Below, one piece after another: positions 58,666 through 64,000 of a stretch of 64,000 nucleotides of DNA. The notes beneath the pieces were generated by a model that was given only the letters and a program-made list of their open reading frames with translations, did no database searches and was not told the origin of the DNA. Origin of the DNA: Spirochaetia bacterium UBA6919 (GTDB lineage Bacteria; Spirochaetota; UBA6919); contig DKAT01000070.1 of NCBI GenBank assembly GCA_002450905.1, positions 70,097-134,096 on the forward strand. Direction: 5' to 3'. The position numbers and the translations under genes were made by a program. Within the stretch, counting starts at the first letter, position 1; each line of letters starts with the position of its first letter.

Positions 58666-59238
58666 ATGAAAAATACCATCTCCCCAAAAAAATCCAAATA
58701 CCATCTGAAACCCGCCAATGTCACCCAATATGACCATCTCGACGACGACGGATTCCGCTACGAACTCATCGAAGGAGTTTTAACTATGGCAGCCTCACCA
58801 AGACCTTTACATCAAGATATTATTTTTCAAATTGCAAAGATCATAGCTAATTATCTCGATAAAAAACTCTTGGGTAAAATATATCTTTCTCCACTCGATG
58901 TCCAGTTCAACGATAAAAACATCTACCAACCCGACCTCCTCTTCGTATCCAATGAGAGACTCCATATCATATCCGAGAAACGTATTATAGGAGCGCCCGA
59001 TCTCATCATCGAAATATTATCCGAATCCTCCTACGAGCTCGACACGAAAATAAAATACAGGGTCTATGAGGAATCCGGGGTACAAGAATACTGGATAATT
59101 GATCCTAACAAGAAATCCATGACCTTCTACCATCGCATCGATAAGTCCTTCAAAAAAATCCCCTATGATAAGGAATATTCAAGCTCTGTATTAAAAGATT
59201 TCTCTATCCACCCCCAAAACTTCTTCCAAATGATTTAA
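58666..59238 (+). CDS. Uma2-family (DUF820) PD-(D/E)xK endonuclease-like protein
   Basis: 190 aa. ELIEGVL...PDLLFVS...PDLIIEILSESS...EYWIID is the characteristic Uma2 pattern. Confidence 0.75.
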   Translation: MKNTISPKKSKYHLKPANVTQYDHLDDDGFRYELIEGVLTMAASPRPLHQDIIFQIAKIIANYLDKKLLGKIYLSPLDVQFNDKNIYQPDLLFVSNERLHIISEKRIIGAPDLIIEILSESSYELDTKIKYRVYEESGVQEYWIIDPNKKSMTFYHRIDKSFKKIPYDKEYSSSVLKDFSIHPQNFFQMI

Positions 59239-59367
59239 GTCGTATACAAATGTCCCCTTCCAATCAGTTATTCCTAAATAATCAAAATAAATATTCCTCC
59301 AATCCCAAAATAAATTATATTCAATATATTGAATTCTATATCCCCTTGTCGACAATCGAGAAGTACT

Positions 59368-59905
59368 ATGAATAGAACACTGTACAAGGGTCAATGAGGA
59401 ATTATCCAGTGCTTACCATAACCCAACAACTTTAGCCCTTTCAAATAAACATTATGATGTGATGGAACTCCTAATGAATAATGGTGGTATCATACAAACC
59501 AATGAAATTAATTTTGCTACGGGGAAAACATATTTACAGGAAGCTCTGAGAATAAATAATAATCATCTGAAAAACTCCTTATTCGTCATACCAAACGCTT
59601 AGAGCTTTCAAAGGATTTAGTCAAGTCTGTGAAAGCGGGTCATTTAAATCAGGTTAAATATCTTATCCAACAGGGATCAATTGTACATATCGAAACACAC
59701 GATGAGGGCTTAAAAAAATGGTACTCTCCTCCATATTGCTGTTCAGAAAGGATATTACGATATAACAAGGCTCCTTATCGATAAAGTCATTCGAATCAAC
59801 ATGACCAATACGTACAGTGAAACAGCTTTAGATTATGCTAAAGACCCGAAAACACATAAACTCCTCATAAAACGCGGTGCCAAACCCGGTAAAAAAATCC
59901 GATAG
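59368..59905 (+). pseudogene. ankyrin-repeat paralog remnant (copy 3)
   Basis: Multiple frames encode ankyrin fragments (PATLALSNKHYDVMELLMNNGG..., KTHKLLIKRGAKPGKKIR*) homologous to the 3' half of copies 1 and 2. The 5' half is missing. It is preceded by the same upstream sequence (caaaataaattatattcaatatattgaa...gtcgacaa) seen at 47235-47300. Confidence 0.45.
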
Positions 59906-60011
59906 AAATCACTATTATCGTATCCTTACTTGACTCTTTAAGGCATCTCGAGACCCATTTCTTCAACTGCTGATATAATAAATCAATGGACAGTTTCTGT
60001 AAAAGAAAACC

Positions 60012-60039
60012 ATCGGAACTGAAAATTTTGATTCCGATC
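60012..60039. repeat. palindromic motif ATCGGAAC-N13-GATTCCGATC (copy 4)
   Basis: catcggaactgaaaattttgattccgatcc. Confidence 0.6.
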
Positions 60040-60106
60040 CCCCTTAGGTATAGCATCAACATAATAGTTGATTTAATAATTGAGATAGATTTTCCTGGAT
60101 ATTTGA

Positions 60107-60397
60107 TTACTGGGATTTAAGTTCATAGACCCGAATGCTGGATGTATATGGATTCTCTTGAGCTATTTTAACCGCTTCGTCCATATTTTCAGCTTCAACA
60201 ATGGTATAACCTGTAATCGAATCCAAACCGAGGGGTAATTTTTTGACTCCCTCTTTCGATATCTCACGACCATCCATAAAATGTCCACCCATGTCAATAA
60301 TCGTATCACTATAGGATTCAAACCACTTTCCCCATGCTGTCATAATTTCTGGTGTGGGTTTAGTGAATCCATAGTGTAATAAAATATATTGTTTCAT
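60107..60397 (-). CDS. YciI-like small protein (hypothetical)
   Basis: 96 aa. MKQYILLHYG...ENMDEAVKIAQENPY is consistent with the YCII-related dimeric alpha+beta fold. Weak assignment. Confidence 0.45.
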   Translation of the reverse strand: MKQYILLHYGFTKPTPEIMTAWGKWFESYSDTIIDMGGHFMDGREISKEGVKKLPLGLDSITGYTIVEAENMDEAVKIAQENPYTSSIRVYELKSQ

Positions 60398-60624
60398 TAG
60401 CTGTACCTTTATTTTTGATATAATATAATTTTTAATTATCGGTGATTAGACGTAACGGTAAAGAAAATTCTTCAGCCCATAATGTTGTGTAGTTGCATTC
60501 CGCTAGGGCAAATCGCAAAATATACACAAAGAATTTTAGGGATTAGATTGAATACTAAAAAATGGATTTGTATTTTCGGGGAATTATATATATTATTTGA
60601 TGATAATATCTGTTACAGGAGCAA

Positions 60625-62949
60625 TTGATTTTGGATAGAGATTCTATTCAGGAGTTGATCGAAGAAGGCAGGGAGTTGTATCAGGGCAAACACTATGCCA
60701 AAGCATTCTTTCCACTGGAGAAAGCTTATCATCTCACATCAGAAATAGATCATGAAGTAAAAGACCTCCTTATTGATTCAGCATACAGGGGAATATGGGC
60801 TGCCTATGCCGGACAGCAGTATGAACTCATGGAATATCTCAGCACCTTTACATTGAACTTTATTGAGAGTAATATTAATCAGTATAATACGATAGAATGG
60901 CAGATCCGTATTGCGAAGACATATAATGGTCTAGCCCTATCCCATTACGAATTAGGAAAGCGGAATATTGAATATAATCTTAAGTCGGATGAGGCTTACA
61001 ATCGTGTTATCTTGAGCGGTGAATTAGAAAAAAAAGATCTGAAAGAGGTAGTCAAGTCGAAAATTAAAAATGACTTCGGTCTTATTATCAATCTGGGCTT
61101 TGATGGGGATTTTGAAAGAGCCATTACGATTGCTCAGAAAGATATTAATCTATCAAGAGCTCATCATTTGTTATTAGAAGAAGGATTATCTCAGAAAATA
61201 ATGGGAAACCTTTTATTCTACAAAGAAGATTATGAGAAGAGCTTTGAATATCTTTTAGAATCAATGAAGACATTTCAATCAAAACAGACAAAAGACTTTA
61301 ATCACCGTGTGGGAGAGGTTTATTTATTGCTTTGTGAGAATCACTATAAATTAAAACAATATCAGGAGGGGAAAAAATATTTAGATTTCTATAAAATTCT
61401 TTATGAGAAGGATAATCAATTATCTTATTTATTCTATAGTTTATCAGGAGAATATTTTGAGAGTATCGGTAGTTTTGATATTGCCTGGACATATTATTAT
61501 AAATCAGCTACCATGTTAAATATATCAAAATGGGGAGTTCAGTTTGAAACCAATATGGATTCCTTTCTCAAACACAAGGATAAGGAGTTGATATATCTCA
61601 AGGCTATTTCAGGATTATTTTTAAAGAAAGAGGATCAACAGGCTATTGATTTACTGGAGAATTACAGATCGAAATTATTCGTTGAGAATGTATTATCAGG
61701 GAGAAAGGAGAGTTTAGGGGATATTCCAGCCGATTTAAAGAAAGAGAGGGAAAGTATTGTGGTGGAATTGATCAATGCTTATTCCAGAGATAGTATTATT
61801 ATCAAAGATGAATTGATAGTTCAATTGGAAAAGAAGCTTTATTTAATAGATGAGAAGATTGCATTAACCAAAGGATCATACAGAGCATTTTCAGAATATA
61901 CCGCCTTATCTATCAAGGAAATTCAGGAATATATCCCTATGGATTCCCTTGTCATAGGATATTTTTATTATGGGGATAACTCATTTATCTATCTCGTCAG
62001 CAAGGGTATTTTTAAAGTTGTTACGGTAAATATTTCATCCACACAGTTGGAAGAACTTTTCGAGGGCTATTTAAACCAAATCAAAGGGGAATTTAACAAC
62101 CCAAATTGGGAAACCATTGATGAATTCTATCGATCTCAGTGTCTTGACTATATTATCAATCCAATTATAAACGATATTAACGCATATCAACAAATTACTC
62201 TCATTCCATACAAGATTCTCCACACCTTCCCCCTTCATATTCTTTTTCTATCACTGAAAGAAGATATCACTATTTCTTATCTTCCTAATCTACAGTCCAT
62301 CCGATTACTCAAGCCCCACCCAATAGAGTTTAATGAGAGCCTTATTTTAGGGGATCCCAGGGGTGATTTACGCGGTGCACAGGAGGAAGTGAAGGGTATA
62401 CAATCTCTATTTAACCATCCATCTGTTTATACTGATCGTGAGGTGCAAAAAAATACCGTACTAAACATGATTTCACAGTATACAGTAATCCATTACAGTG
62501 GTCATATCCGATACAATTATCAACGACCATTATATTCTTATTTGGAATGCAGTTCATATTTTGACGAAAACAACCGAAAACAATTTGAAATGTCTTTTCA
62601 ACAAGATCAATCTGTGATATATTTAAAAGAGATTTATCAACTTAATCTGGAAAATATCCATTTCTTGTCCTTAAGTGGCTGTTCTTCAGGGCGATCCACT
62701 CATTATCGGGGGGAGGAGATGGTGGGAATGCTGAGAGGATTTTTTTTTAGTGGAGTGCAAAGCATTTTAGCTACCTTGTGGGATGTAGAAGATTTGTCCA
62801 GTAGAGATTTTCTTGTGTTGTTTTATCAAAAAACCCTTGAACACAGTGGGAATAAGAAGAAAGGTTTTTTAGAAGCCTACCACACAATGAAGAATAAGTA
62901 TAAGCATCCCTTTTTTTACGGAGGATTTATATTATATGAAAGTATATAA
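60625..62949 (+). CDS. TPR-repeat / CHAT-domain (caspase-like) protease
   Basis: 774 aa, TTG start. N-terminal half with TPR-like helical repeats. C-terminal CHAT domain with the His box VIHYSGHIRYN, the Cys box HFLSLSGCSSGRS and ATLWDVED. Confidence 0.8.
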   Translation: MILDRDSIQELIEEGRELYQGKHYAKAFFPLEKAYHLTSEIDHEVKDLLIDSAYRGIWAAYAGQQYELMEYLSTFTLNFIESNINQYNTIEWQIRIAKTYNGLALSHYELGKRNIEYNLKSDEAYNRVILSGELEKKDLKEVVKSKIKNDFGLIINLGFDGDFERAITIAQKDINLSRAHHLLLEEGLSQKIMGNLLFYKEDYEKSFEYLLESMKTFQSKQTKDFNHRVGEVYLLLCENHYKLKQYQEGKKYLDFYKILYEKDNQLSYLFYSLSGEYFESIGSFDIAWTYYYKSATMLNISKWGVQFETNMDSFLKHKDKELIYLKAISGLFLKKEDQQAIDLLENYRSKLFVENVLSGRKESLGDIPADLKKERESIVVELINAYSRDSIIIKDELIVQLEKKLYLIDEKIALTKGSYRAFSEYTALSIKEIQEYIPMDSLVIGYFYYGDNSFIYLVSKGIFKVVTVNISSTQLEELFEGYLNQIKGEFNNPNWETIDEFYRSQCLDYIINPIINDINAYQQITLIPYKILHTFPLHILFLSLKEDITISYLPNLQSIRLLKPHPIEFNESLILGDPRGDLRGAQEEVKGIQSLFNHPSVYTDREVQKNTVLNMISQYTVIHYSGHIRYNYQRPLYSYLECSSYFDENNRKQFEMSFQQDQSVIYLKEIYQLNLENIHFLSLSGCSSGRSTHYRGEEMVGMLRGFFFSGVQSILATLWDVEDLSSRDFLVLFYQKTLEHSGNKKKGFLEAYHTMKNKYKHPFFYGGFILYESI

Positions 62950-63481
62950 GATTATTTTATTATTTGGATTGCTTTTAATGGCATGTTCCAAGGAGTCCGT
63001 TAAATCGGATATATTTGTCAATGAGAAGTACTCAATACAAAGCGCTAAATCCTTTTCTATTGGTAAATTCGAAATACGTACCAATGTCCCTTACGTCACG
63101 TTAAACTATCGGGAACAGGTGGAATATCATCTCCAAAAGCAGAAATATAAAGTATATCCAGGAGAAAGAGTAGATAAGTATTATAAAGAAAAGAAAATAA
63201 AATTCCCACGTCTTTTAAAAGAGGAGGAAATTCAGGGGCTTCATGGCGAATTACCCTTTGACTATTTTATTCAGGGGATTATCTACGAGGAAAACCGCAG
63301 TATCTTGGACGAAGGGAATCATATCATTGTCCATTTATACTTCCATGATAAGAAAGGGGAGAAGGCATCAACGATTCGCTATATCTACTCAGGGGATAAA
63401 TCTCTTATATCAGGTGAACTTATTGATGAATCAATACTTAAAATGCTTAGTCTCATGAGTAGCCAGAGTTCCAGGAAATAA
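62936..63481 (+). CDS. hypothetical lipoprotein, co-transcribed with the CHAT gene
   Basis: 181 aa, lipobox LLMACSKE. Its start overlaps the CHAT gene stop by 14 nt. No recognisable domain. Confidence 0.5.
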   Translation: MKVYKIILLFGLLLMACSKESVKSDIFVNEKYSIQSAKSFSIGKFEIRTNVPYVTLNYREQVEYHLQKQKYKVYPGERVDKYYKEKKIKFPRLLKEEEIQGLHGELPFDYFIQGIIYEENRSILDEGNHIIVHLYFHDKKGEKASTIRYIYSGDKSLISGELIDESILKMLSLMSSQSSRK

Positions 63482-63506
63482 TCAAAGGCATTTTATATAC
63501 TATAAT

Positions 63507-64000
63507 TTATCTTGATTTATACATCCAATCAATACATTTTAATAATTCATTCCTCATACGTTCTTTTGGAGCATGATAGGAGCATCCGTGACCCGGTAAA
63601 ATCGACTCAAAGGGGTAATTCAATAGGGACTCCATAGATTTGATTTGTTCAGACCAGGAATACCAGCAGTAGTTTCTAAATCCATAGAGGTGATCCAATC
63701 GGATGGAATAGGATAAATGATCTCCCGTGAATAGAAAGTTATTCATATACAATAGCACCGTATGACCCTTTGTATGACCTGGAACAGGAATAATCACAGT
63801 ATCCTGATTAAGATGATAAGGGGTGTTTCCATCGATTTGAATCTCAATATTCTTTGTGGAATGGCAGATATCAGATGAATGCAGGATTCGTTTGCAGTTG
63901 AATCTTTGTTGATACTTATCGTGATCGGCGACATCGTCTCTGTGTGTGAGATATAAATACTTTATACCCCCTAATTTCCTGAACTGATCTGCTAAATCAG
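63507..64000 (-). CDS. MBL-fold metallo-hydrolase (partial; N-terminus beyond window end)
   Basis: The reading frame is open from the window edge to the stop at 63507. Contains YLYLTHRDDVADHDKY (THxHxDH-type), PVPGHTKGHT, TGDHL, PGHG. The ORF track shows only the part after an internal GTG. Confidence 0.65.
   Translation of the reverse strand, partial: DLADQFRKLGGIKYLYLTHRDDVADHDKYQQRFNCKRILHSSDICHSTKNIEIQIDGNTPYHLNQDTVIIPVPGHTKGHTVLLYMNNFLFTGDHLSYSIRLDHLYGFRNYCWYSWSEQIKSMESLLNYPFESILPGHGCSYHAPKERMRNELLKCIDWMYKSR

Overview
This is a low-GC (about one-third G+C) bacterial chromosomal segment that mixes housekeeping genes with a large accessory load. The housekeeping genes I can support are: serS; an rnfD-rnfE-rnfA-rnfB cluster (no rnfC or rnfG in the window); an EutE-like aldehyde dehydrogenase; typA/bipA; yajC-secD-secF; purL; an MDR-family oxidoreductase; a HupE/UreJ transporter; and a MarR-headed efflux operon with an outer-membrane factor, a fusion protein and two tandem RND pumps. 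The accessory content includes several secreted or lipoprotein ankyrin-repeat proteins, among them a 2066-aa ankyrin giant ending in a TlpA-like thioredoxin domain. It also includes a 7TMR-DISM hybrid sensor kinase, plus a decayed paralog of its C-terminus beside an orphan response regulator; a chemoreceptor; a TPR-CHAT caspase-like protease; and a Uma2 nuclease. Two short islets (about 8.3-13.0 kb and 18.3-21.1 kb) are dense in toxin-antitoxin modules: two HicAB pairs, a RelE/ParE pair and TA remnants. The islets also carry a GNAT-HDAC fusion protein, a GIY-YIG protein and a decayed caspase gene. These islets are punctuated by two families of conserved structured repeats. One is a ~70-bp direct repeat that ends in a TTGACA -35 hexamer immediately upstream of each cassette gene. 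The other is a nested-palindrome element. A third, partly decayed HicAB-like pair sits at 49.4-49.9 kb between tandem ankyrin-lipoprotein paralogs. A conserved 28-bp palindrome and a 24-nt element recur in intergenic DNA. I found no rRNA, tRNA, CRISPR array, transposase or integrase. The gene content (7TMR-DISM kinases, a leucine-rich-repeat lipoprotein, many ankyrin lipoproteins, a chemoreceptor, frequent TTG/GTG starts) resembles spirochaete genomes of the Leptospiraceae or Brachyspira type, but taxonomy cannot be verified from sequence alone.
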